A DNA stretch of 45,641 bases from Gammaproteobacteria bacterium (GTDB lineage Bacteria > Pseudomonadota > Gammaproteobacteria > Burkholderiales > SG8-39), in the NCBI GenBank assembly GCA_041490545.1, contig JBGPTG010000002.1, positions 1-45,641 on the forward strand, in the 5' to 3' direction. The notes beneath the pieces are model-generated. The model worked only from the letters and a program-made list of their open reading frames with translations, did not search any database and was not told the origin of the DNA. How positions within the stretch are numbered: the first letter of the stretch is position 1; every line of letters starts with the position of its first letter. Of the stretch, positions 1 through 8,412 are shown piece after piece. A program made the position numbers and the translations under genes.

Positions 1-100
1 ACCCGGCGCTTTCCGCCGGGTTCAAGGCCCAGCCACTGCGAGCGCCAGCTCGCGGGAAGGCGATACGCCCGATCCCACAAGCCCGGAGACCGGCCTCGAT
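1..100 (+). promoter_or_regulatory. Cobalamin (B12) riboswitch, 3-prime half of the aptamer; 5-prime half lies off-window
   Basis: B12 box AAGCCCGGAGACCGGCC at 79-95. GCCACTG at 32-38 and GGGAAGGC at 54-61 occur in the same order as in the E. coli btuB leader. Perfect 8-bp hairpin 1-8/14-21. Lies directly upstream of a TonB-dependent receptor gene. Confidence 0.75.
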
Positions 101-210
101 CGATGGTCGAAAATGCCGCGGGGCGTGGCGTGATGCCGGTTCGCCCTCCTGCATTTTCCGTTTGCAACTCGATTCAGGCCTGCGGGGACGCTGGCCGGGA
201 GGGAAAGTCC

Positions 211-2214
211 ATGAAACGCTCCATTATCGCGGTGCTCGCCGCGGCTGTCGCACCGCTTGTGCTCGCTCAAAGTCCAGAAGAACCTGCCGTCGTTGTGACC
301 GCCACGCGTTTTCCGGAAAACAGGCTCGAGGCGCCGGTGGGCATGACCGTTGTCACCGCGCCGCAAATCGCTGCGAGTGCGGCGACGAGTCTGCCGCAGC
401 TGTTGTCGCAGGAAGCGGGGATCGCGACGCGCGACAATACGGGCGGCCCCGACTCGCAGATCGACATGCGCGGATTCGGCGTGACCGGTGACCAGAACAC
501 GCTCGTGCTGCTCAATGGGCAAAGGCTCAACGAAATCGAGCTTACGACCATAGGTTGGACGGCGATTCCACTGGACAGCATCGAGCGCGTCGAGATACTT
601 CGCGGCTCGGGGTCGGTCCTCTACGGAGGCGGCGCCACCGGCGGCACCATCAACATCATTACAAAGGCCCCGCAGCCGGGACTGAGCAGCGCTAGCCTAG
701 GCGGGTCAGCCGGAACCTATGGTACGCACGAAGCGCGGGCCGGGGCGAGCCTCGCCGGACCAGGCATCGGGGTTACCTTGTTCGCCAACGACTACGCCTC
801 GGACAACTATCGCATGAACAACCGCGTCGAGCAGCAAAATCTCGAAGGGGAGGCGCGCGCGTTCGGCAAGGACGGGAGCCTTGCGCTCAAGTTTGGCGTA
901 GACAACCAGAACCTGCGCCTGCCGGGCGCACGCACTGCAGCGGAGCTCCAGACCGATCCGCGAGGCACGCCAACGCCGGGAGATTTCTCCACGCGGGACG
1001 GCAAGCGCGCAAGCCTCGGCGGCAGCAGCGATCTCGGGTTCGGGGAGTTCGCGGCCGAGCTGGGCTACCGGCAAACAGCTCGGACCTCGCTCCTGAAGGA
1101 CTACTCCGGGTCTTTCACCGATACTTATACCGACACCCACTCCAAGGTTTGGTCGTTCACGCCGCGTTTGAAAGTTCCGTACGAAGCGGCTGGGAGCCGG
1201 CATAACCTCGTCGTCGGTATCGATATCGATGATTGGGACTATCAGTCGCGCCGGGCGAGCAGCTTGGAGACGCTCGACAACCCTGCGGCGAGAATTCTCG
1301 CGACGCAGCGGGACGAGGCGTTCTATGCGCAGCACCAATCGCTGATCGGCGAAGGCACCAAGCTTACGCTGGGCGTGCGCTGGCAGCGCATCACCGTGAC
1401 GGCGCGCGACGCGGTCAATCCCGCCACCTACGCGAGCCAGAGCAAGACAAGTAATCCGAGGGCGTGGGAAGTCGGCTTGCGGCAAGACCTGACCGCCGCC
1501 ACTTCGGTCTACGGGCGTGTAGGTGAGAGCTTTCGCGTCGCCACCATCGACGAGGTGTACAGCCAGTTCGGCGGTCCCGTTTTCGACTCGATCGTGACCC
1601 TGCTCGAGCCGCAGACCTCGCGCGATTACGAGCTGGGGACCGAGTACCGCAGCGGCCAGCTGCGAGTGCGCGCGAGCGCGTTCGCGATGTACCTCGAAAA
1701 CGAGATCTACTTCTTCGCGCCGACGTTCTCGAATATCAATCTGCCGCCCACGCGCCGGCAGGGACTGGAGGTCGATACATCGGTCGCCGTTTCCCCGTCG
1801 ATCTCGCTTTTCGCCAACGCCTCGGTGACCGATGCGCGTTTTCGCGACGGCGTCATCGGCGGCGTGGACGTGAGCGGCAAGACCATACCGCTCGTGCCCC
1901 GCGAAAAGGCGAACGCAGGTGCTTCCTGGCAGTTCGCCCAGAACTCGCGGCTCAACGGCGTTGCACGCTACGTCGGCAAGCAATACTACGACAACGACCA
2001 GACCAACACTTTCCCGAGCCGCATGCCTGCCTACACTGTCGTCGACCTCAAGTTCTCGCAGACTCTGGGCAGGCTGACTCTGGGAGCTTCGGTCAACAAT
2101 CTTCTCAACGAGCACTACTACACTTATGCCATCCGCAACGGCGCGGGAACCTCCTTCAACGCCTATCCGCAGCGCGAGCGCAACTTCCTCCTGACCGTGG
2201 AATACCGGCTGTAG
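211..2214 (+). CDS. btuB: TonB-dependent outer-membrane receptor, BtuB-like (corrinoid uptake inferred from context)
   Basis: ATG 211 is preceded by GGGAGGG (197-203). Signal peptide MKRSIIAVLAAAVAPLVLAQ; TonB-box-like AVVVTATRF; plug motif IERVEILRGSGSVLYGGGATGGTINIITK; barrel C-terminus NFLLTVEYRL. B12 riboswitch upstream and btuF-like gene downstream. The longest ORF starts at 103, but those 36 codons precede the signal peptide. Confidence 0.85.
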   Translation: MKRSIIAVLAAAVAPLVLAQSPEEPAVVVTATRFPENRLEAPVGMTVVTAPQIAASAATSLPQLLSQEAGIATRDNTGGPDSQIDMRGFGVTGDQNTLVLLNGQRLNEIELTTIGWTAIPLDSIERVEILRGSGSVLYGGGATGGTINIITKAPQPGLSSASLGGSAGTYGTHEARAGASLAGPGIGVTLFANDYASDNYRMNNRVEQQNLEGEARAFGKDGSLALKFGVDNQNLRLPGARTAAELQTDPRGTPTPGDFSTRDGKRASLGGSSDLGFGEFAAELGYRQTARTSLLKDYSGSFTDTYTDTHSKVWSFTPRLKVPYEAAGSRHNLVVGIDIDDWDYQSRRASSLETLDNPAARILATQRDEAFYAQHQSLIGEGTKLTLGVRWQRITVTARDAVNPATYASQSKTSNPRAWEVGLRQDLTAATSVYGRVGESFRVATIDEVYSQFGGPVFDSIVTLLEPQTSRDYELGTEYRSGQLRVRASAFAMYLENEIYFFAPTFSNINLPPTRRQGLEVDTSVAVSPSISLFANASVTDARFRDGVIGGVDVSGKTIPLVPREKANAGASWQFAQNSRLNGVARYVGKQYYDNDQTNTFPSRMPAYTVVDLKFSQTLGRLTLGASVNNLLNEHYYTYAIRNGAGTSFNAYPQRERNFLLTVEYRL

Positions 2215-2298
2215 CGTACGCCTTGCGGCCGGGCCGGTGGGCCGTTTCCCTATGGGACTGCGGCCCACAATCGCTAACGCCGTTCCATTTCTGCTATC

Positions 2299-3399
2299 GT
2301 GCACGGCATGCATTACGGCCCCGCCGATGCAGTCGATGTTTCCGGATTGCGGCGCGCGCTGGTGATCCAGCTGCGCCACCACGGAGACGTGCTGCTCTCC
2401 TCCCCGGTGTTCACGGTGCTCAAGCGCGCCAGTCCCGGGATCGAGATCGACGCGCTCGTGTATGCCGAAACCCGCGACATGATCGAGCTGCATCCCGCGC
2501 TGGCGCAGTTGCACTTGGTCGAACGCCGGTGGAAGGATATGCCGGTCTGGAAACGGTTAGCGTCGGAATGGCGTCTGTACCGGACGCTGCGCTCGCGTGG
2601 CTACGACCTGGTCGTACACCTGACCGACCATCCGCGCGGAGCCTGGCTGGCGCGGACCCTCACCCCACGCTACGCGGTGGCCCCCAACGTCGCCCGCAAG
2701 CAGCGGGCATGGAAGCGCAGCTTCACGCATCTGGTTCCGCAGCCGCGTCATGCGGGGCGCCACAGGGTCGAACTGAATCTCGATGCATTGCGCCGGATAG
2801 GAATCCAGCCCGGGGATGCGGAACGCGCACTGGTGATGGTGCCGGGCGAGAGTGCCGAGCGCGTCGTCGACGCCCTGCTTGCCGAACAAGGCCTCGCGGC
2901 AAAGCGATTCGTGCATTTCCATCCGGGTTCGCGCTGGCAGTTCAAGTGCTGGCCGCCTGAGCGGGCGGCAGCGCTCATCGACGCGCTTGAGGGGCGTGGC
3001 GATCGCGTGGTCCTGACCGCCGCGCCGGACCCCAGGGAAATGGCGCTCGTCGAGGCGATTCGTGCGCACACGCACGCGCGATTCACCGATCTTTCCGGCA
3101 GGCTCACGCTCAAGCAACTCGCCGCCCTTGCCGCGCGGGCGCGGATTTTCATCGGTGTCGATTCCGCCCCGATGCACATCGCGGCCGCCATGGGCACTCC
3201 GGTGGTCGCACTTTTCGGGCCGAGCAGCGACATCGAGTGGGGTCCCTGGCAGGTTGCACATCGCGTCGTGGCATCGACCAGCCACGCGTGCCGGCCTTGC
3301 GGCAACGACGGGTGTGGCGGCGGCAAGGTAAGCGAGTGCATTTCGCGGCTCCCGCTCGATTCGGTGTTGCAGGCCGCCGACGCGCTTCTCGCGAAATGA
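2299..3399 (+). CDS. waaQ: GT9 lipopolysaccharide heptosyltransferase III-like (WaaQ/RfaQ-like)
   Basis: LVIQLRHHGDVLLSSPV, WKRSFTHLVP, RWQFKCWP and FIGVDSAPMHIAAAMGTPVVALFG closely parallel E. coli WaaQ motifs. Start is GTG 2299 or ATG 2308. Confidence 0.8.
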   Translation: MHGMHYGPADAVDVSGLRRALVIQLRHHGDVLLSSPVFTVLKRASPGIEIDALVYAETRDMIELHPALAQLHLVERRWKDMPVWKRLASEWRLYRTLRSRGYDLVVHLTDHPRGAWLARTLTPRYAVAPNVARKQRAWKRSFTHLVPQPRHAGRHRVELNLDALRRIGIQPGDAERALVMVPGESAERVVDALLAEQGLAAKRFVHFHPGSRWQFKCWPPERAAALIDALEGRGDRVVLTAAPDPREMALVEAIRAHTHARFTDLSGRLTLKQLAALAARARIFIGVDSAPMHIAAAMGTPVVALFGPSSDIEWGPWQVAHRVVASTSHACRPCGNDGCGGGKVSECISRLPLDSVLQAADALLAK

Positions 3400-4253
3400 A
3401 CCGGGCTTCGGTGCTGATTGTTACCGTCGCGGTCGCGGCGGGCGCAGGCGCCGCGGACCTGCGTGACGACCGCGGCATGGCGCTGTCACTGCAACGACCC
3501 GCGGAGCGCATCGTCACCCTGGCGCCGCACCTTGCCGAGATCGCGTATTTCGCGGGGGCGGGGGCGAAGCTCGTCGGCGCTTCGAGCTACAGCAGGTTTC
3601 CGGCCGAAGCGGAGCGGCTTCCCGTGGTGGCGGACTCCGGGCATGTCGATGTCGAAAGAGTGCTGGCGCTGAAACCGGACCTCGTCCTCGGCTGGCGCAG
3701 CGGAAATTCGGCGCTGCAGATCGCCCGCCTGGAGCGACTGGGCATTCCGGTATTCGTCACCGAAGTGCGATCTCTCGGGGACATCCCGCGCATTTCCCGC
3801 CAGGTTGGCTCGCTGGCCGGAAGCGGGGTTCTGGCGGAGGCGCGCGCCCGGCAGTTCGAGAACGAGGTCGCCGAACTCAGAGAGCGCTTCCAAGGTGCAG
3901 AGCGCGTTGCCGTATTCCTGGAAATCTGGCATCGCCCGCTGCTGACGGTGAGCGGCGAGCACCTCATCAGCGACGCGCTTCGCACCTGCGCGGGCCGCAA
4001 TGTCTTTGCCGGGGCGGACACCATCACGCTGCGGGTCTCGAAAGAGCGGCTTCTGGGCGCGCACCCCGACGCGATCGTGACCAGCGGCTACGGGAGCGAA
4101 GCCCGCGAAGCGTGGCGCGGGCTGGAGGGCGTTCCGGCCGTGCGCAACAACAGGATCTATGCGGTCGACGCGGATCTGCTGCACGCGCAGGGTCCGCGGT
4201 TCCTCGATGGCGTACGCGCGCTGTGCGGGCGGCTGGACCTGGCGCGGAAGTAG
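3396..4253 (+). CDS. btuF: Periplasmic cobalamin-binding protein of ABC importer, BtuF-like
   Basis: RIVTLAPHLAEIAYFAGAGAKLVGASSYSRFP...VERVLALKPDLVLGWRSGNS parallels E. coli BtuF (RVITLSPANTELAFAAG...VGVSSYSDYP...IVALKPDLVIAWRGGNA). N-terminal signal-like MNRASVLIVTVAVAAGAGA. ATG 3396 overlaps the waaQ-like stop as ATGA. Confidence 0.8.
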   Translation: MNRASVLIVTVAVAAGAGAADLRDDRGMALSLQRPAERIVTLAPHLAEIAYFAGAGAKLVGASSYSRFPAEAERLPVVADSGHVDVERVLALKPDLVLGWRSGNSALQIARLERLGIPVFVTEVRSLGDIPRISRQVGSLAGSGVLAEARARQFENEVAELRERFQGAERVAVFLEIWHRPLLTVSGEHLISDALRTCAGRNVFAGADTITLRVSKERLLGAHPDAIVTSGYGSEAREAWRGLEGVPAVRNNRIYAVDADLLHAQGPRFLDGVRALCGRLDLARK

Positions 4254-4259
4254 GCGGAC

Positions 4260-5378
4260 ATGCGGCTTGCTCTGGTGCGTCAGCGCTACAACCCCTTTGG
4301 TGGCGCCGAACGATTCATCGAACGCGCCCTCGCCTCGCTGCGGGACCAGGGCGTTGCCGTCACGGTATTCGCGCGCGAGTGGACGGGCGACCAGGCCGGC
4401 ATCGTGCGTTGCGATCCGTTTCACATCGGTCGCGTGTGGCGCGACTGGAGCTTTGCGCGGGCGGTGCGACGCGAACTGGCGCACCGCTCGTTCGACCTGG
4501 TCCAGTCCCACGAGAGAATCGCCGGCTGCGACATCTACCGCGCCGGTGACGGCGTGCACGCGCAGTGGCTGCAGAACCGGCGCGCGGCGCTGCGCCCCGT
4601 CGCGCGCCTGGGTCTTGCCTTGAATCCCTATCACCGTTACGTCCTCGCTGCCGAGAGGCGTCTTTTCCGGAGCCCCGGGCTGCGCGCGGTCATCTGCAAC
4701 TCGCGCATGGTTCGTGAGGAAATCCGCACCCGCTTCGGCACGCCGGATGCGAAGCTCCATGTCATCTACAACGGCATCGACCTCGCGGTATTCCATCCCG
4801 GCTTGCGCGACGCGCATCGGAGACCCCTGCGCGAGAAACTCGGCATCCCGCAGGATGCCGTAGTGCATCTCTTCGTCGGCGCGGGGTTCGAACGCAAGGG
4901 CGTTTTCCGGCTGATTGAGGCGTTCGCCCGCGGCACCCGCGGCGCGCACCTCATCGTGGTCGGCCGGGACAAGCAGCAGGCGCGCGCCGAGCGGCTCGCG
5001 AGGTCGCTCGGGATCGCATCCGCGGTTCATTTCGTCGGGGGCCAGGATGACGTGCGTCCCTGGTACGGGACAGCCGACAGTTTCGTCCTGCCCACCCTCT
5101 ACGATCCGTTTCCCAACGCGGCGCTCGAGGCGATGGCTTGCGGCTTGCCTGTCACGACGACTTTTCAGTGCGGGACGGCCGAGTTGATTGAACCCGGGGC
5201 GAATGGATTCGTCGTCGACGCCCTCGCGCTCGACGCGCTAGCGGCAGCGCTCGGCCGGCTGGACTCCGCCACGGCGCGCGCGATGGGGCAGAGGGCAAGA
5301 CAGTGCGCGGAAGGCCTGAGCCTCGAGTCGATGACGCAGCGCCTGGTTGCGCTCTATCGCAGCTTGCTGCCCGGTTGA
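4260..5378 (+). CDS. waaG: GT4 LPS core glycosyltransferase, WaaG/RfaG-like
   Basis: N-terminus MRLALVRQRYNPFGGAERFIERA...VTVFAREWTGD matches the WaaG pattern (Y-x-PFGG-x-x-R-x-F ... W-x-GD). C-terminal GT-B EX7E-type region LPTLYDPFPNAALEAMACGLPV. Confidence 0.7.
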   Translation: MRLALVRQRYNPFGGAERFIERALASLRDQGVAVTVFAREWTGDQAGIVRCDPFHIGRVWRDWSFARAVRRELAHRSFDLVQSHERIAGCDIYRAGDGVHAQWLQNRRAALRPVARLGLALNPYHRYVLAAERRLFRSPGLRAVICNSRMVREEIRTRFGTPDAKLHVIYNGIDLAVFHPGLRDAHRRPLREKLGIPQDAVVHLFVGAGFERKGVFRLIEAFARGTRGAHLIVVGRDKQQARAERLARSLGIASAVHFVGGQDDVRPWYGTADSFVLPTLYDPFPNAALEAMACGLPVTTTFQCGTAELIEPGANGFVVDALALDALAAALGRLDSATARAMGQRARQCAEGLSLESMTQRLVALYRSLLPG

Positions 5379-5414
5379 GCAGGCGGCGTTCCGCCTTGCG
5401 CGGGGAACGGGCTG

Positions 5415-5437
5415 TGTGAATGCAGCTATAATTCACA
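5415..5437 (+). promoter_or_regulatory. Candidate msbA promoter: TATAAT (5427-5432) embedded in a 7-bp inverted repeat TGTGAAT-N9-ATTCACA
   Basis: Perfect -10 hexamer 20 nt upstream of ATG 5453. Arms 5415-5421 and 5431-5437 are exact reverse complements. Confidence 0.3.
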
Positions 5438-5452
5438 TTTTCCAGCGCAGCC

Positions 5453-7210
5453 ATGGCATCGTCCGACGCCAACAGCTTGCAGCTTTACCTGCGCCTGCTG
5501 CGCCACGTCAAGCCGTATTGGGTTCCGTTCGGTCTGGCCATGGCGGCACTGGGTGTGACTGCAGCGACCGAGCCGATATTTCCGGCTATCCTCGAACCGC
5601 TGCTCGACGGCAGCTTCGTGCACAAGCAGGGAGGCATGCTCGCGTGGCTCCCGCTCGTCATCGTCGGCTTGTTCCTCGTGCGCGGCACGTCTTCCTACGC
5701 GTCCGACTACCTCATGGGCTGGGTGGCGAACAAGGTGATCCTCGACCTGCGCAACGCCATGTTTGCGAATCTCGTGCGCCTCCCGACGCTCTACTACGAC
5801 AATCACACCAGCGGCAGCGTCATCTCCAAATTCACCTACGACGTGATGCAGCTGGCAGGCGCTGCCACGGGAGCGCTGACCGTCCTGTTCCGGGACTCGC
5901 TGACCATCATTGCCCTGCTCGGCTATCTGTTCTGGGTCAACTGGAAGCTGACCCTGGTTTCGCTGGTGGTTGGGCCGCCGGTGGTGGTGATCACGCGGGC
6001 CTTTTCCAAGCGCCTGCGCAGCATGAGCCGGGCGACGCAGGGCGCGATGGGCGATCTCAACCATGCGCTGGAGGAATCGGTGGGCTGCCATCGCGTGGTA
6101 AAAGTCTTCGAGGGTCAGGCCTACGAGAGGGCGCGTTTCGAGACCGGGTCGAACACGATCCGCCGGTTCAACATGAAGATGACCTCGGCGTCAGCCGCCA
6201 GCGCTTCGCTCGTTCAGTTCGTGGTCGCGCTGGCGCTGGCACTGATCATTTATCTCGCGACGCGCCAGGCCGCCGTGGACGAGACCACCGTGGGTGGGTT
6301 CATGGCGTTTCTCATAGCGATGCTGCTGGTGCTGCCGCCCCTGCGGCGCCTGACCGGTGTGAACCAGACCGTGCAGCGCGGGCTTGCCGCGGCCGAGAGC
6401 GTGTTCCGCGTCATGGACGAACCTCCGGAAGCCGATACCGGGACGCGCGAGATCGGCCGCGCCCGCGGCGACGTCGAATTCCGCGAGGTGACCTTTACCT
6501 ACCCTGGTGGCACAAGACCGGCGCTCGACCGGATTTCGTTCGCGGTTCGCGCAGGTGAGACGGTGGCCCTGGTCGGGCCCTCGGGCGCGGGCAAGTCGAC
6601 TCTGGCCAATCTCCTGCCGCGTTTCTATTCTCCCGACAGCGGCCCGATACTCCTGGACGGGATCGACATCGCTGACCTGAAGCTGGCCGGCCTGCGATCG
6701 AATATCGCGCTGGTGAGCCAGGAGGTGGTGCTCTTCAACGACACCGTGGCCGCGAATATCGCCTATGGTCGCCTGTCCGGAACATGCGATGCCGACGTCG
6801 TCGAAGCGGCCGAAGCCGCGCACGCCATGCAGTTCATCCGGGAAATGCCCCAGGGACTCGCGACCCTGATCGGCGAGAACGGCTTGCGCCTGTCCGGGGG
6901 ACAGCGGCAGCGCCTCGCCATCGCCCGCGCGTTCCTGAAGAACGCCCCTCTCCTCATCCTCGACGAGGCCACCTCGGCGCTCGACAGCGAATCGGAGCGC
7001 CACGTACAGGAGGCGCTGGCGACCCTGATGAGGAATCGCACTACCCTGGTGATCGCGCACCGCCTGTCGACAATAGAGCGGGCCGATCGGATCGTGGTAC
7101 TCGATGCCGGACGCGTCGCGGAAGCCGGCAAGCACGCGGAACTGCTCGCCGCGCGGGGCATCTACGCGAGGCTTCATCGCCTCCAATATTCGCAGGAATC
7201 CCTCGCGTAG
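5453..7210 (+). CDS. msbA: Lipid A export ABC transporter, fused permease/ATPase MsbA
   Basis: 585 aa with six-TM N-terminal half. Walker A GPSGAGKST, ABC signature LSGGQRQRLAIARA, Walker B LLILDEATSALD, H-loop IAHRLST. LPS-core gene neighbourhood. Confidence 0.9.
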   Translation: MASSDANSLQLYLRLLRHVKPYWVPFGLAMAALGVTAATEPIFPAILEPLLDGSFVHKQGGMLAWLPLVIVGLFLVRGTSSYASDYLMGWVANKVILDLRNAMFANLVRLPTLYYDNHTSGSVISKFTYDVMQLAGAATGALTVLFRDSLTIIALLGYLFWVNWKLTLVSLVVGPPVVVITRAFSKRLRSMSRATQGAMGDLNHALEESVGCHRVVKVFEGQAYERARFETGSNTIRRFNMKMTSASAASASLVQFVVALALALIIYLATRQAAVDETTVGGFMAFLIAMLLVLPPLRRLTGVNQTVQRGLAAAESVFRVMDEPPEADTGTREIGRARGDVEFREVTFTYPGGTRPALDRISFAVRAGETVALVGPSGAGKSTLANLLPRFYSPDSGPILLDGIDIADLKLAGLRSNIALVSQEVVLFNDTVAANIAYGRLSGTCDADVVEAAEAAHAMQFIREMPQGLATLIGENGLRLSGGQRQRLAIARAFLKNAPLLILDEATSALDSESERHVQEALATLMRNRTTLVIAHRLSTIERADRIVVLDAGRVAEAGKHAELLAARGIYARLHRLQYSQESLA

Positions 7211-7254
7211 ATGCCGCTCTCCGTTACCGCGGCGTGCCGGCGGCTGGCGGCCCC

Positions 7255-8340
7255 GTGAAAATTCTCCACACCGAATCCTCGTGCGGCTGGGGAGGCCAGG
7301 AAATCCGCATACTCTCCGAGGCGGAAGGCTTGGCCGCGCGCGGCCACCAAGTGTCGCTGGTTACACCGCTTGAAGCGAACATTCATGCGGCGGCGGTGAA
7401 GCGGGGCTTGAACGTCGCGGCGCTGCCGATCGCCCGGAAAGGCCTGCGCGGTGTACTGGCTTTGCGCTCGTGGCTGAGTGAGCATCCACCGGATGTCATC
7501 AACGCGCACAGCTCTACCGACACCTGGCTCGCGGCCCTCGCCTGCGCGAGTTCGTCCAAGCCGCCCCCGATCGTGCGCACCCGGCACATTTCGGCGCCGA
7601 TCCCCAAAGATCCGCTCACGCGCTGGCTCTATCTTCGGGCGACGCAGCACATCGTCACCACCGGCGAGGGCCTGCGGGCACAGCTGGTGCGGGACAACCG
7701 ATATCCCGTCGAGCGCATCACCTCGGTTCCCACCGGGATCGACGCGGGGCGCTTCGTGCCGGGCGACCGGTCCCGGGCGCGCCGCACCACCGGGCTGCCG
7801 CAGGATCGTCCTCTGGTCGGGATCGTCGCCACGCTGCGCAGCTGGAAGGGGCACCGTTACCTGATCGAGGCCTTCGGCCGCCTGCCGGGCGAGGTCGGGC
7901 TGGTGATCGTCGGCGACGGGCCGCAGCGCCGGAATGTGGAAACGCAGATCGACCAGCTGCAACTGCGCGACCGCGTATGGCTCGCGGGGAACCGCGAGGA
8001 CGTGCTGCCGTGGCTGCAATCGCTGGACGTGTTTGCCCTGCCCTCCTACGCCAACGAAGGCGTGCCGCAGGCGCTGGTGCAGGCGATGTTGTGCGGCCTG
8101 CCGTGCGTAACGACCCTGGCGGGAAGCATCGGCGAGGTGGCGCAGGACGGCGTGACCGCGGTCATCGTCGCGCCCGGGGACGCCGCCGACCTGCAGCGCG
8201 GTCTGGGCAGAGTGCTCGGCGACGCGAAGCTGCGCGAAACGCTGGGCGCTGCGGCCCGCCGGCATTGCGCGGAAAATTTCGGGGTGGATACAATGCTCGA
8301 TCGAATGGAACGAGTGTTTCGCGGCGTCGTTGCGGCGTAG
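7255..8340 (+). CDS. GT4 family glycosyltransferase (LPS core/outer core)
   Basis: VKILHTESSCGWGGQEIRILSEAEGLAARGHQV N-terminus; C-terminal ALPSYANEGVPQALVQAMLCGLPCV GT-B motif. The in-frame GTG at 7255 avoids a 426-nt overlap with msbA that the longest ORF (6784) would imply. Confidence 0.75.
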   Translation: MKILHTESSCGWGGQEIRILSEAEGLAARGHQVSLVTPLEANIHAAAVKRGLNVAALPIARKGLRGVLALRSWLSEHPPDVINAHSSTDTWLAALACASSSKPPPIVRTRHISAPIPKDPLTRWLYLRATQHIVTTGEGLRAQLVRDNRYPVERITSVPTGIDAGRFVPGDRSRARRTTGLPQDRPLVGIVATLRSWKGHRYLIEAFGRLPGEVGLVIVGDGPQRRNVETQIDQLQLRDRVWLAGNREDVLPWLQSLDVFALPSYANEGVPQALVQAMLCGLPCVTTLAGSIGEVAQDGVTAVIVAPGDAADLQRGLGRVLGDAKLRETLGAAARRHCAENFGVDTMLDRMERVFRGVVAA

Positions 8341-8412
8341 CTTGAAGCGCGTGTACATAGCGATCCCTTGAACAGCGCGCCGGCCTTGTAAACGAGAGAC
8401 CCGGCAGTTCCC

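Noticed and set aside
706-2514. 602-aa minus-strand ORF antisense to the TonB-dependent receptor gene
   Set aside because: Arg/Ala/Gly-rich low-complexity translation with no recognisable motifs. This is a typical shadow ORF of GC-rich DNA, lying opposite a gene with clear receptor motifs.
3486-5030. 514-aa minus-strand ORF antisense to btuF-like and waaG-like genes
   Set aside because: It spans two well-supported + strand genes and their junction, and has an Arg/Ala-rich composition with no motifs. Shadow ORF.
5415-5437. TGTGA...TCACA resemblance to a CRP/FNR-type site
   Set aside because: The half-sites are separated by 13 nt, not the 6 nt (CRP) or 4 nt (FNR) of the consensus. It is kept only as a generic palindrome/operator candidate.
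6784-7254. N-terminal 157 codons of the 518-aa ORF that overlap the 3-prime end of msbA
   Set aside because: The translation is Arg/Pro-rich junk, and the GT4 homology begins at VKILHTESS (GTG 7255). The extension would overlap msbA by 426 nt.
6191-8358. Two long minus-strand ORFs (6191-7186 and 7174-8358)
   Set aside because: Antisense to msbA and the GT4 gene, with no motifs and GC-rich shadow-frame composition.
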